From Felis catus (lineage: Eukaryota), in the NCBI RefSeq assembly GCF_018350175.1, contig NC_058372.1, forward strand, positions 3,596,001 to 3,660,000: a DNA stretch of 64,000 nt. Direction: 5' to 3'. Numbering within the stretch: the first letter of the stretch is position 1; the number at the start of each line of letters is the position of its first letter. Position numbers and translations under genes: made by a program. The notes under the pieces are model-generated. The model was not told where the DNA came from and did not search any database. It saw only the letters and a program-made list of their open reading frames with translations. Positions 22,790 to 36,294 of the stretch are shown here, in pieces.

Positions 22790-24640
22790 ATGAGAGAATT
22801 AGAACACTCTCGGATAATCCCAATGATTTTAGCCACTGCATCGAAGATGGTAATGCCAGTCGCTAAAATGGATAAGAATATAGAAGGAACGAGTTTTGGG
22901 GAGAATCACAGGTTCAGCTTTGGACATGCAGAATTTGGGATACCTATTACATTTCTAAGAGGGAGGTAGGAACTAGGCTAGCTAGATATATGAATCTGCA
23001 GTTCAGGGAAGAGATCTGGGCTGGAAACATTATTGGGAGTTGTCAGGGTATAACTGCCCTGATGCCACGAGAGTGAAAAAGCCACGCAAGGAGATGAGAT
23101 CTCTTAGGAAAGAGGGTTGGTAATGAAGAGAAGCAGTTCCAGAACCGAGTCCTAGGTCAGGTAAGTAAGGAGTGTTTGCTCTGTACTCATGATATGTGGA
23201 TAGATCACTGATGGTTTTACGCGTGTTTCTGTGATCCTCCCTTTCTCCTGTGACTCTCAGAACAAGCAGAAGAAAATAGTCTCATTTTACAGATGTGGAA
23301 AGCTGCCCTCAGTCATAAGAGGGTGCAATGACAGTGGAGCTGTCACTCAAATAGTCTGTTGAAGTTAGAACCACGGGAGATCACTTTGGGGATCCACCGA
23401 TAGATAATAGGCACCCTTCTCAAAATGGACAACTTCCCCGTATATTTTGCATGCAGTTCCAGTGAGTTCTCAGGCCTCCCGAAGCCTGTTTGTGGAGGCC
23501 AACGTTCAGAGCTCTGTGTCTGAAGCTGCTTTTCTCTTCCCTTACCTTCACCAGCTCCTGATCTGAGAAAGTGGACCCTGAGAACACACGTTTCTGATCT
23601 GTTGAGCTGGTGTTCCCCTGTTGTTGTGGAGATGCCGTCTATACAATAATGGAGAAGAAGTTAAGTCATCAGCCCAGAGACTTCCCTTGAACTGCACACT
23701 CAGAGACCCAGCTACCCACTTGACTTCTCTATTTGGAAGTCCATGAATATCCATTTCCAAATCCGACACCACCACTGCAAGACCAGCCTCTCTCGTCAAC
23801 ATCTTGAATTTGGAAAACGGCGAGTCCAACCTTTCAGCTGGAGTTGTTTTCGACTCTCCAGTCCATAGTAGGTCCTGTCAGCTGTACCCGGAAAACACAG
23901 CAAGAAGGCTAGCATTTCCCTTTCCGGCACTTTCCCATCGCTGCTGCTCTGGCCAAGCGGCTGTCACTCCATCGTTATTCCTGCAGCCCCATCTGCTTCC
24001 GCCCTCCTATATTTCACACAGCAGCCAGGGATTATAATAAAGAGTAAATCAGATCAAGTCGCCTCTCTGCTGAAAACCCTCCAACGGCTCTCATTTCACT
24101 TAAAGTGAGAGTCAAAGTCCTTACTCTCTTGGCCCTTGTTACTTCAAACTGTCTACTCTCCCTCTCCTTCTTAGCCCAGTGACACTGGCCCTGGAACTTT
24201 CTCAAATAGGCCAAGTACACAGATCTTTTAAAGACTCTTCTTTCTACATGGGCCTCTCAGCTCCCAGATCCTTGGAGGCATCGCTCCTCACCTTCTTCCC
24301 TTTTTAAGTCAAATATCCTTTTAGGGAGGCTGTCTGTGATGGCATGCCAACCCCTGACGCCCCCCAGTCTGTTTTCTCTGCTCTTGAGAAGCTTGCAGTC
24401 TATTTGGGAAGTCAACACCCCCCCCCCCACCCCCGCCCATGAAATGTGAAGCAGAAATGGACACCATAAAGGGTGTCCAAAGAGCGTAAGTCAAGTCCGT
24501 ATTGGGAGTCCTAAGCGGATGCTTGCCCAGGAGGCTCACTGCCAGGCTCAGGAGGCCTGTCAGGCCCGTGACGGGGATCTGGGCTTTACTCTGGACAACA
24601 GGGAGCTGTGCAAAGTTGTGTCTCCTTTTGTCTTTCCCTA
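22790..24640. mobile_element. Cluster of L2 fragments in both orientations
   Basis: L2-like motifs such as CAGCTTTGGACATG, CTACCCACTTGACTTCTCTATTTGGA and AAATCAGATCA...CTGCTGAAAACCCTCCAA; boundaries approximate. Confidence 0.55.
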
Positions 24641-25197
24641 CAGTTTTTCTCACTGTGGAACAATATCTTTTTCAAAATCAGTTGTTGCTCTTAGCATACT
24701 GGATTTCAATGGTGCATGTGTATCTCTTTCCCCATTAGAGTGAAACTGTACTGAAACTCTCAAGTGCCTGGATGAATAGATAGGAATGAAGTGAAGGTTA
24801 AACGGATTTACAGTTAATGAAATGAAAAAGGCTACACAAGCAACCTTGCAGAAAAGAAAAATATTTCTAGAAGGATCCATTGAAATACACATTTTGTGTG
24901 TATCAGCAGTGACTTTGGCAAAGTGCCCTGCTTTGTCCCTTGTGGGCCTCTACAGACTTTTGGGATCTAAGGGGTGATTTTCTTTCTTATAAACAAAACC
25001 CAGTATAGGCAACTTTTAATAGCTTAGGAGGCTTCTGCTGTTTTGTGGAACGTGAGGTGATTCCACCAATATAATTGCACATTTTCCTTTATTAGCTTTA
25101 TAATTTATAATTCTCAATATATACAAAGGAATATCTGAACTACGTGTACATGTTATAAAGGATAATATGATGATGACCACATTAGAACCCGATTGCT

Positions 25198-25408
25198 GGG
25201 GCACCTGGGTGGCTCAGTTGTAAGCGTCTGACTTCGGCTCAGGTCATGATCTCACGGTTTGTGAGTTCGAGCCCCGCGTCGGGCTCTGTGCTGGCAGCTC
25301 GGAGCCTGGAGCCTGCTTCAGAGTCTGTGTCTCCCTCTCTCTCTGCCCCCTCCCTGTTCACACTCCGCTCTGTCTCTCACTCTCTCTAAAAATAAATAAA
25401 CATTAAAG
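25198..25408 (+). mobile_element. CanSINE within an old L1ME-like fragment
   Basis: Full body; TSD AGAACCC(G/A)ATTGC. Confidence 0.93.
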
Positions 25409-25639
25409 AACCCAATTGCCAACCCGGTTATACAAATATTACCAATCCATTGCTTTGGCCTAATTTTGTCCTTCTTCAACCCCACCAGAGATAGCCACAG
25501 TCTTGAATTCTGTCATTTTCTTGCCTTTATTTCTTATCCTTTTAAAATCACACATGCATTGAAATCTAAATAATATGTGGCTTTGGTGCTTAGTCTTTGC
25601 TATCAAAAAATGGTATCTGTGGAAGAATGCCCTATCGTT

Positions 25640-25930
25640 CCAGACATTTGCAACTCCATCTGGTGAGAGGATTTTATTTCCTGCACTAATGGCATTAGGC
25701 TTGCTCATGTGATTTGCTATGGTCAGTGAATATGAGTGAAAATGACATGTGTCGTTTCAGTAAGCCGTTGTGTGATCTGTCCCTATTCCTCCAGCATGGT
25801 TCTTAGGCTGAAGGCAGGTGGAATCAGAGCAGTAACTCACCCACAGTCAATAAACATGAGCAAAACAAGAACCTTTATTATAGTAAGTCACTGGGATCTG
25901 GGGGTTGTTTATCACTGCACAATTAGCCTA
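25640..25930 (+). mobile_element. MLT1-like LTR relic
   Basis: ...AGTCACTGGGATCTGGGGGTTGTTTATCACTGCACAATTAGCCTAAATGGATTGACACA, a typical MLT1 3' end. Confidence 0.6.
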
Positions 25931-28655
25931 AATGGATTGACACAGTATTAGATCACATCTGGTTTCTGGGAATTGCTTTATTCTGAGTTGCCACGTTGTC
26001 ACATGTGGCTAAAGCTCGTTTGCTTTCATAGCAATGTTAGAGCGTGTGATCATGCCTGATTATGTCACGATTCATCTGTCTATTGGTTGACAGTTGCTTT
26101 GTTGACTGCCTTAAAAAAATTACAGGATGCTTTGCTGGAATATGAAAGATCAAGTAGAATTTTCATTGTGTGGATTACTTCATAATATTCTGCTAATGAT
26201 ATTAATATGTGTGCGGATTACTTATAATAATAGAATATAAGTCTTCAAACACGTGGAAGTGAGAAGTAGGTATAATTTTAGGGGAAATAGTCAAGAAATC
26301 TGTTTTAACCCGGGCCCCTTCTCTGATTAGCTGAGCTGATTCAGAGACATTTTTTAAAATTCTGAAATGAAGGGACTTGAACAAATCAGTGGTTCCCAGA
26401 TGCTCATCTAAGAATAGTGTTAGTCCCGGCCACTTTTCTCTGTATTCTGTGTCAAAATGAGAAACGTAAGGTCAGCATAGTAAGTTTTCCTTAATATTAA
26501 AAGTTAATTAAATTTATTTGGTAGAAAGGACCACATTTATTTGGTATAAAGATTTCTTATTTTGCGGTTATCTGTATTCCCTTTGAGGATTGTTCTTGTT
26601 TGAAATGAGATTGATTGTCTTTGAAGTTGTTGGCAACAGCACAGCCGTCTGTAGGGCGGCCCTGGCTTTCCCTTGTCTGGGAAGGACCACAGGCAGCAAT
26701 GTCGCGATTCTCTTCTAACTTTAAGAGTGCCAGCTGGTTTTCTGAAGATGATTCTTCGTTCTGGCCGGACACCACGGCGAGGTTAGGCAAAGAGAACAGG
26801 AGGCATGGGAGCAAAAAAGGAAAAAAAAGTTACTAACAGCTCTTGTGTGTTTCCAGCGTCCCTTCCTCATACTCCAACGCACACCTTCCTGTTAAATGAG
26901 GTGCCGCTGGCTCAGGTGAGGCAAGAGGAAGTCCCTGGAAAATTAGGCACGTGTTGCTTGAACTGGCAGGCAGAGGTGGGGAAGTCTCACAGCCACAGGC
27001 ACTAGGTGGTCCTTAAAAGAGTTCAGGGTGGAGAGATGATTCTAAGGAGGGGTTCAGACTATTAGAAGGGGTTTAGATTGACAAAGAACCCCACCTGGTG
27101 TCCCATGCCTTTATACTTTTGTGGTCTTCTGCCTTGTTCAAGGCCTCAGGACTCAGATACTAACATGGGCACCTTTCCTACCCCTTCAATCAGAGGCTTT
27201 AGCCATAGCTGCTATCTTGGATGACTTTCCCCTCTGCAGGGACTGTCCTAGCGCTCTCACTGTGATCTTTTATTGATGCCATGCAATGCCATGCAGTCGG
27301 TACTAATTATTATTCCCATTTTAGAGGCAAGGAAATGCTCACAGAAGGTTTAAGAAGTTTGCTCAAATGTAGCTTTGAAACAGGCTGCCAGGACTGTATC
27401 TTTGGACACCCTTTATGGTGTCCATTTCTGCTTGTGTATTTCTTTTCATGAATATGTTATTTTCTAAATGTACTTAAAATTAGCTTTGGAGAGCCGGAAC
27501 TGAATGCCTTAATTGCATGTGGGGCCGAGAGAACCTTCACAAGCCCCATTACAAAACGGAGCCGCTTTATTTAATGCTCACGGAAATTTACCATGTAGGC
27601 ATTTGTAGATAAAGACGTGTAGCTTTTTGAGCTCAGTTTACACCACCAATGCTCATGCTTTCCCCCTCTGCACCACAGCGCCAGAAAAGTTACATTTGCT
27701 ACCAGGTGATTCTTACCTTCCATATCCGTGATATATATTCCATATAGTATTTATTGATGTAAAAGGGCTGCTGAATCTCAATTCTCAGGACATTCGCTTG
27801 TACAATGGAAGATTCCGTTTCACGGGTGATTGTAGGCTGAAATCAGGCGAAGGACAAGCACAGAAATGTAAATTCCTTTGAACTCCTCTTCCTTGGACTA
27901 AAATCCTAGGGAATGAAGAAGTAACTGGGGACAAGGCTATCCAGGACACAGGGAGGCTTCGGAAGAACTCTGGGACTCCCCCCACCTCCTGCTTGTTACC
28001 CAGTTTTAGGTAGCGTCTCTTTCACCCTGGTATATTAAGCCGGGTAGAAAACCCCAGTGGATAGAGTTCCTGATCTTTTCCAAGAGGCAATGTTTAGCTA
28101 CGTTAAAATGTTTGCTGAATTCGTGGAATCGAGAGGATGTGGATTTGAGGACTAGCAGATCCGCTAAGTCTAGAAAGTCAAGCTGCAGAGGGCACATCGC
28201 GCCATTAGGTGCCGCTGTAGCCACTCACAAACCCAACAAGAAATTACAAAAAAGTGGTTTCATTTTTCTCAAGAATGGTTAACACTTGTTTTCATTTAGG
28301 GCCACTCAAAACTAGGACTCCAGGTTTTCCTGAAGGGAATTCCCCAAAGGTAACGGGGAGGACAAAATGAAACCAAAAGCGGTAAAAAAAAAACAAAAAA
28401 AAAAAACAAAAAAAAAACCTCTCGAGGTGGGGGCAACCCTAGGTCCACTATCTCCAGTTGTCGGGAGAAGCCAAGCCAAATGCACCATAATCAAGCTACT
28501 TACACATTTGCTTCTTGATGGTCCGCACACGCCAGAAGTTAACCTTTGTTCCCAAATTCAGAGTTTACCAGTACTCAGCAAATTAAACGTGACTTAAACA
28601 AGTTGCAGTTTCCAGAAGTTCGGAAGATTACAGCTCTTTAAATGAGAATATGGGC

Positions 28656-28671
28656 GGCTCTTAAAAGAGCC
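28656..28671 (-). terminator. Histone 3' stem-loop (H2B)
   Basis: GGCTCTTTTAAGAGCC then GCCCA; HDE AAAGAGCTG. Confidence 0.95.
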
Positions 28672-28703
28672 TGAAATCGTTGGTGCTGTGACGGTGAACA
28701 AAT

Positions 28704-29873
<1,170 letters not shown>

Positions 29874-29925
29874 ATCTATCTAAATCCCAGTGTGCACTAA
29901 AGCTAAAAAACTTTTATAACCCAAA

Positions 29926-29941
29926 GGCTCTTTTCAGAGCC
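29926..29941 (+). terminator. Histone 3' stem-loop (H2A)
   Basis: GGCTCTTTTCAGAGCC; HDE-like GAAAGAGTT. Confidence 0.95.
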
Positions 29942-30699
29942 GTCCACGTTTTCACATGAAAGAGTTTGTAACTCAAATCGAGGCAACATAATTGGGTAAA
30001 ATTTAAATGGTTGCAGCCTTTGGTTACAGTTCATTCATTGCAATTTATTTTGTTGACTTTACTTTGGGATCCTGGGAAACGGGACTTCTGAATAAGCTTA
30101 ACAGTTTTAAGTACAGCATTGGGCTAGTGCTTATCTGGATAGGTTGGACTCTCATGTTTCCCAAGTTGTGCGCAAGTAAAGCGCTTAAATAACCACAAGT
30201 AAGGAGGATAGTTTAATAAATGAACCCTGTGAAAAATGGCGGGTGGGCACGGTAACCTAGAGTCCCTTAAGACACTTAAAAACAGCAAAACTACAGGATC
30301 GAAAATCAGAGCAAGCTGTCTCAATTCTGAATTGAAAGAAGCAGTATGCTATTCGGCCACCTTAAGGAAGTTCAATAAACATTTCTTGTGCACTGGTGAT
30401 CTCCCGTCGTCTCCGGGACGAGGCGTTTCACCTGTGGTTTCCCAGAGTGGACACAAGTGGCAGTCTAGGCCACTCAAGGTTCAGTTCAGTAAAAATAACC
30501 ATCTGAAACAAAATATACATAAATCTGTGATGAAAGCGTGGTCCTGGGAACGTTAGGTCCCATTACGTAGGTCTCCTCAATCAGAATTGGCATTTTTCCC
30601 CGACCTCCAAGTGATTTAATTGGTTTTGAGATGAATTGAGCCAGAATATTAGTGTTAAATCCTAGGATCGCTATGACAAAGATTACAGGGGATTGAAAT

Positions 30700-30886
30700 G
30701 ATGAACTAGTCATCCAATCGGAGTCTGTTTTAATTCACCAATCAGGTCGTTCACTCTTTAGCCAATGGTTTCATTGCGCGGGACTTTTGAAAAACGCGAG
30801 ACCAATCGGAATGTTTCTGAGTATATATAAAGGCAACGCCTCTGGCCTTGCTTGTCAGATTGGCTTACTTCCTCGCTTTCCTTGAA
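30700..30886 (+). promoter_or_regulatory. H3 promoter
   Basis: Four CCAAT boxes (30714, 30738, 30763, 30802) and TATATATAA 30822-30830. Confidence 0.85.
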
Positions 30887-31297
30887 ATGGCTCGCACGAA
30901 GCAGACGGCGCGCAAGTCGACGNNNNNNNNNNNNNNNNNNNNNNNNNNNNNNNNNNNNNNNNNNNNNNNNNNNNNNNNNNNNNNNNNNNNNNNNNNNNNN
31001 NNNNNNNNNNNNNNNNNNNNNNNNNNNNNNNNNNNNNNNNNNNNNNNNNNNNNNNNNNNNNNNNNNNNNNNNNNNNNNNNNNNNNNNNNNNAGCGNNNNN
31101 NNNNNNNNNNNNNNNNNNNNNNNNNNNNNNNNNNNNNNNNNNNNNNNNNNNNNNNNNNNNNNNNNNNNNNNNNNNNNNNNNNNNNNNNNNNNNNNNNNNN
31201 NNNNNNNNNNNNNNNNNNNNNNNNNNNNNNNNNNNNNNNNNNNNNNNNNNNNNNNNNNNNNNNNNNNNNNNNNNNNNNCCGCGGGGAGCGGGCGTAA
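30887..31297 (+). CDS. H3: Histone H3 (positional ortholog of H3C8)
   Basis: MARTKQTARKST...RGERA*, 411 bp; interior masked, so H3.1 versus H3.2 cannot be read. Confidence 0.93.
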   Translation: MARTKQTARKSTXXXXXXXXXXXXXXXXXXXXXXXXXXXXXXXXXXXXXXXXXXXXXXXXXXXXXXXXXXXXXXXXXXXXXXXXXXXXXXXXXXXXXXXXXXXXXXXXXXXXXXXXXXXXXXXXXXXXXXXRGERA

Positions 31298-31330
31298 AGC
31301 TTTCCCGCTCTTGATCTCGATCAACTCAAA

Positions 31331-31346
31331 GGCTCTTCTAAGAGCC
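31331..31346 (+). terminator. Histone 3' stem-loop (H3)
   Basis: GGCTCTTCTAAGAGCC then ACCCA. Confidence 0.93.
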
Positions 31347-32578
31347 ACCCACTTTTTCTGTAAAGTTGCTGTAACTTTGTTCACTTCAAGCTGTCTAGGG
31401 GTTTTCATGTTCGAGACTTGATTGCCCTGTTGGCCTTCTGTCTTTAAGTTGGTCTGGTGAATGGCGTTTGGCTGTCTTCAGAAACTGCTGGCTGTATTCT
31501 GCACCTTAAGGTGTGCCCTAAACTGCTTCGTGAGTGGACAGGTGGTTAAAAGTTCTAAGGTAGTACCTTCTGGCTCCAGGGAAGGGGCATGTGAGTTCGG
31601 GAAGTCAGGGCTGCTCTGGCCTGTCCGTGGGATGATCCACTATTTCATACGTGACTGGTTAATGGGGACATGTGGAAGTTGGGGATCTTTACTCCCAAAA
31701 AGTGAGCTTGGGTGCTGGTGCTTGTACGTTTGCTGTTTACACAAAGTTCCCACCGGTTTGGGTATTGGCAGTTGGAAAACTGGAGCTGTGGACATGTTTA
31801 GTTTTTTCACGTTTGAAATCTCAATTTGATGAATTCCTATCCTTATCGTGTAAAGTGAGTTTTTTTGGCTTTTTTGTAAAAACTTACAATAGTACAGCCT
31901 GATCGTTGACTGTAAAAGAATTAGACTCAGGATTTCTAATGAGCTTACTGGTCACAGAGCCTATAACAGTCCTGGTGGTTTCTACAGTCTGACTCATAAA
32001 GGGTGTGCCCACCAGCAAGGGCATCATTTGTAGGGATGAAGATTCTCATCACCACGTGTGCCCCACTCCCCATCCCCCCAGGCCTGGTCAGAAGCTGCAT
32101 TGTACCAAGTTCACCTTATGTGCTTGTCACTGACACCAGTTTAAGAAGCCCATTTTTAAAAATGATATTTTTGGCCTCATCAAGAAAGCTACCTGTGAAC
32201 TCTCACCAGGAATAATCATTTGCAAACAGCATGCTTCTTTATGTCATAGAGTTAAATGTTCTCCAAATCAGTTGCACGTTCCTGGGAAAATAGTTTGATT
32301 TAACAGCAGGGATCTCAATATTGACGACACATTACAGACAATTAGAGGTTTTGTGAAAAATATCTTTGCCTGATGTCCAGTCAGGACCATGTTAGTTGTA
32401 GTCTATGGGGTGCTTCTAGGCAATGGTAATTATGAAAGCTCAGATGCTACCAACAGGAAGTTAGGGTCAAGACCAGATGCTACATAAATTCCAATCTTGT
32501 AGTTAGCTCCTGTTTAACTCCTGACTCCCAGTTTAGCAAGGAATTATATCTGTAGAATCAGGTTTGTAGCTTGCTTTC

Positions 32579-32584
<6 letters not shown>

Positions 32585-32622
<38 letters not shown>
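32585..32622. repeat. (TA)19 microsatellite
   Basis: Direct reading. Confidence 0.95.
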
Positions 32623-32623
<1 letters not shown>

Positions 32624-32765
32624 ATTTTCTGGCTTGGTTGACAACTATTAACCTCGCTGCAATGAGTCAAATAGTATCTGGCTTTTGTAGGAATTTCTGA
32701 GGATAGGGCCAGTGTGAGTCTATGATGAGAGACAGGGCTGCTTTGGGCAACTGACAATACGAGAT

Positions 32766-32993
32766 TAAAAAAAAAATTTTTTTTTAAGTTTATTTATTTT
32801 CAGAGAGAGTGAGAGAGCGAGCACCGGTGGGGTAGGGGGTAAGGGGCAGAGAGAAAGGGAGGAGAATTCCAAGCAGGCTCTGTGCTGACAGTACAGGCCC
32901 CAAGGAGGGGCCTCAGCTCATGAACCGTGAGATCATGACCTGAGCCCCAGATCAAGAGTCAGAGGCTCAACCCACTGAACCACCCAGGCGTCC
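32766..32993 (-). mobile_element. CanSINE (older)
   Basis: SINE body; TSD AATAC(G/C)AGATT. Confidence 0.88.
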
Positions 32994-33334
32994 TGGTAAT
33001 ACCAGATTTTAAGGGATGCTACAAAAAGGAACATCCTGGACTTCTGGGCCAACACTGGGCTCGAAGTGCTGTTTGGGTATTCACCTGGTCTTTCTCTGTG
33101 GCCTTTGTCAATTTATCTTCTCCCCCACAGCTATTCTTTTCATTTTTCGAACTTTTTTATTATGTGACATTTCAGAACATAGGCAAGAAGAAATAATGGT
33201 TTGATAAACTCTGTATACCCTGCACCAGCTTCAACATCATCAACAGTAGCCAAATATGTTTTATCTGTACCTCTTGATCATTGTAAAAAAAATCGTATCA
33301 TTTCCGCTCTCAATATTTTAAAACACGTCTACCA

Positions 33335-33550
33335 GGGCGCCTGGTTGTCTCAGTCGGTTGAGCTTCCGACTTCAGCTCAGGTCAGGATCTCAGGGTCCAA
33401 GAGTTCGAGCCCCGCGTCGGGGTTTTGCTGACAGCTCGGGGCCTGGAGCCTGCTTCAGATTCTGTGTCTCCCTCTCTCTGACCCTCCCCCATTCATGCTC
33501 TGTCTCTGTCTCAAAAATAAAAAAAAATTAAAAAAAAAATAAAAAAACAA
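33335..33550 (+). mobile_element. CanSINE in an L1ME-like fragment
   Basis: TSD AAAACACGTCTACCA. Confidence 0.92.
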
Positions 33551-33649
33551 AAACACGTCTACCATTTTAAAGCCCAAAATGATCTGTGATGATTCCCCCA
33601 ACAAACATTTCTCAACACTGATGAATTTAAAAATTTATCTACTCCACAC

Positions 33650-34100
33650 ATATAGTTGTTGAGAGTTTACAATGTGCTAGGTGCTGTTCTGTGCGTTGGG
33701 AATAATGCTCGGAGAACAAAACAGAATTCTCAGCTCTCGTGGAGTTTACACGTCCAGGAAGGACAGACAACAAATCAGATGAGTATCAGGGGTAGTGTGG
33801 TAGATGGTAAGGAGAAAAATGAAGGTGGAATAAGGAATGTTATGGGGAATTGAAATTTAGATAAGGCATGTATGAAGACAAGAATACAATTTCAGCATAG
33901 ATTTGAAAGGAGGCGAGGGGAGAGGACAGGGAAGGGGAGTCCTGAGGTGTTCCCCCTCCCCCCCCCCCCCCCCCGCATGGAATGGGCGGGGCACAATAGG
34001 AGGAGGTGAAGGCAGAGAGATAAAAAGCCAGATCAAGTAGGGCCTTGGAGGTTTTAGCTCTGAGATGCAAGGCCTTGGAAACGGTTGAACATAGGAATTT
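33650..34100. mobile_element. L2 3' fragment
   Basis: AATGTGCTAGGTGCTGTTCT...CTCTCGTGGAGTTTACA L2-type motifs. Confidence 0.55.
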
Positions 34101-36077
34101 CTGTGTGTTTCTCAGTTAAGCAGGTTCTGTTTTATACTTAGGTGGTCCCAGTTGTGCTCCAGGACAAAAATTAGGGCGCACTTTTCTTTCTATCCAGGTC
34201 TAGCAAATAGAAGCTGACCTTTTAGCATTTTATACTTAAGGAGAAAAGAGCAAACCTGTGCAGGTTAGAGGTGAAATGCAATTCATATCCTGATACTTCA
34301 GACGTGCTAGTTTCATGGCCACAGGCAAAATGTGTACGCTCAGGTAACAAACTCCATTTGTTTGAATTGCAAATTCAAGATTACAGACATGAACGTCTTC
34401 GGGGACTAGGCCAGAGGTTCGTGTATCAGGAACAGTGGTGAGCCCCCCCAGCTGTATTTCACTGGGTGAGCTAATCAGCAGCAGTGTTTCTGGTTGAATC
34501 TACGCCCACTGGTGGCCTGTTCCAAGCTCTGGGTGGCATCTGGGTTTCCCTTAGGTCACTTGCCAGGTAGAGATGTTAACAATCCCTGTCCCAGGGAATT
34601 GTCTAGGTGGTAAAAGAACCATGACTTCATGAGTTCAAAAGTGTAATTTGGTGCCTGCATAGATCATTTTATTTAATCCATACAATAACTCTATGGGTGA
34701 GGGGCCATTATTAGCCCAAATACAACGACAAAGAAATTGAAGCATAGCGAGGTAAGCTACTTCACAGAGGTGCTCATTTTGATAATTCAGCCATGGGTTT
34801 TATCTCCGGTGCTAGACAATGGATGGCCATTGTGTGTTACATGCATATTTTTATTTTGCTTTATCTGAACACCCATCAAAAACTTTTTGAGCGCTTACAA
34901 CGCGCCCCACGTCATTGGAGGTGCCGGAAATAGAGCAGTGAGTAACATGGGTAAGGTTCCCTTGGGGTGGGGCTCACGGACATTGTCCTTGTCGTTGTGG
35001 GAGACAGGAAATAAACAAAAATAAACAAACACAGTATTTTGGTGGGTAAAGAGATTCAGGGGTGGAAGAAACAGGCCAAGAAGATTAAGGACTGCCAGGG
35101 ATGGGTGGTGGAGGGTTGTAGTCTTAAAGAGGGTGGGTGGGGAGGACTCCCCCACTAACGTGCCACCGAGGCAGAGGCAGGAAGCCTGGGAGGGAGGTGG
35201 TTCTGCACGCATCTGTGAGAAGATCATTCCACAGAGAAGGGGACAATGATGACTGAACAGGTCCTAAGCTGGGAGCATATTCAGGGTCACGGTCTGATAA
35301 GCAGCCAGAGGACAGGGTCCTCTGTGTTCTCAAGCTGGGGTTCCCAGGGAAACTCAGCATTGATTCACGTGTTTTTAATATTTTTTGAGAAAGTATCACT
35401 GCAGGTTCCCGAGCGCACAGTGAGGAAGGTGAACCAAGAGGCAAGGGCGGGTATAGACGAGTGTTAAGCTCATGGAGGACTGCCAGCCTGATTCAGGAAA
35501 GGGTCTTAATTGTGTGATAGTGTACTTAAAATCAAAAGTAAGAGATTTGAGGTTCCAAATGAGAGAACAGAGCTTTTTAGAACAACAGTAGAGGACTGAA
35601 TCTTCTGGGGGTTCGGTGCATAACGAATGTTACCCTGATGGTGATATCTTTGGAATGAGTTGAGAAAACCCATCAAGGTAAAAAGTGCAGAAGTCAGGCC
35701 CGAGGCAGGTAAGGCTGGAACTTGTATACCGGATGGTGGCCCTCAGAATGTACATGGAAATACTGGGCTGTCACTGGACTCCAAACTCAGCCTCACCTTG
35801 TTCACGGGCTTTGAGTCTGACCTTGTTGGCCTCCCTCTACCTTCCCAGGTGTTTTGCTGATCTCCCAAGCCTGTGCTGATCGCACACCGCTCGCCCTGGC
35901 TTCCCAGTGGCGGTGATCACTGTTCATCTCAACGGGGAAATTTGATTCTAACTAGACTGGTACCATTTTATTTTCTTCGCAGCCGAAGCAATTATTGCCA
36001 ATACTTACAATTCAGTTGTGTTGTACCAGGAAGCTCCAGTGTCCCCGTGAAGAGGTAGGAGCTCATCAGTCTCCCTC

Positions 36078-36097
36078 TGTCCATTTATTTTTGAGAC

Positions 36098-36129
<32 letters not shown>

Positions 36130-36294
36130 CCAGCGGGGGAGAGGAAGAGAAAGAGGGAGACACAGAACTCAAGGCACGCTCCAGGCTCTGAGCTGCCAGC
36201 ACAGAGTCTGATGTGGGGCTCGAACTCATGAACGGTGAGATCATGACCTGAGCTGAAGTTGGACGCCCAACCAACTGAGCCACCCAGGCACCCC
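36078..36294 (-). mobile_element. CanSINE
   Basis: Full body with (GA)n linker. Confidence 0.9.

Noticed and set aside
24618-24643. Strong plus-strand splice acceptor (pyrimidine tract + CAG) as a terminal exon for H4
   Set aside because: No matching donor is visible (H4 3' end is masked), there is no clear branch point, and it lies at the edge of L2 debris; such sites are common by chance.
30374-30379. AATAAA downstream of H2A as an alternative poly(A) site
   Set aside because: Context resembles L2/MIR tail remnants and single hexamers are frequent.
31930-32520. Protein-like reading frames suggesting another retrocopy
   Set aside because: I could not match any frame to a known protein; needs BLASTX, and no claim is made.
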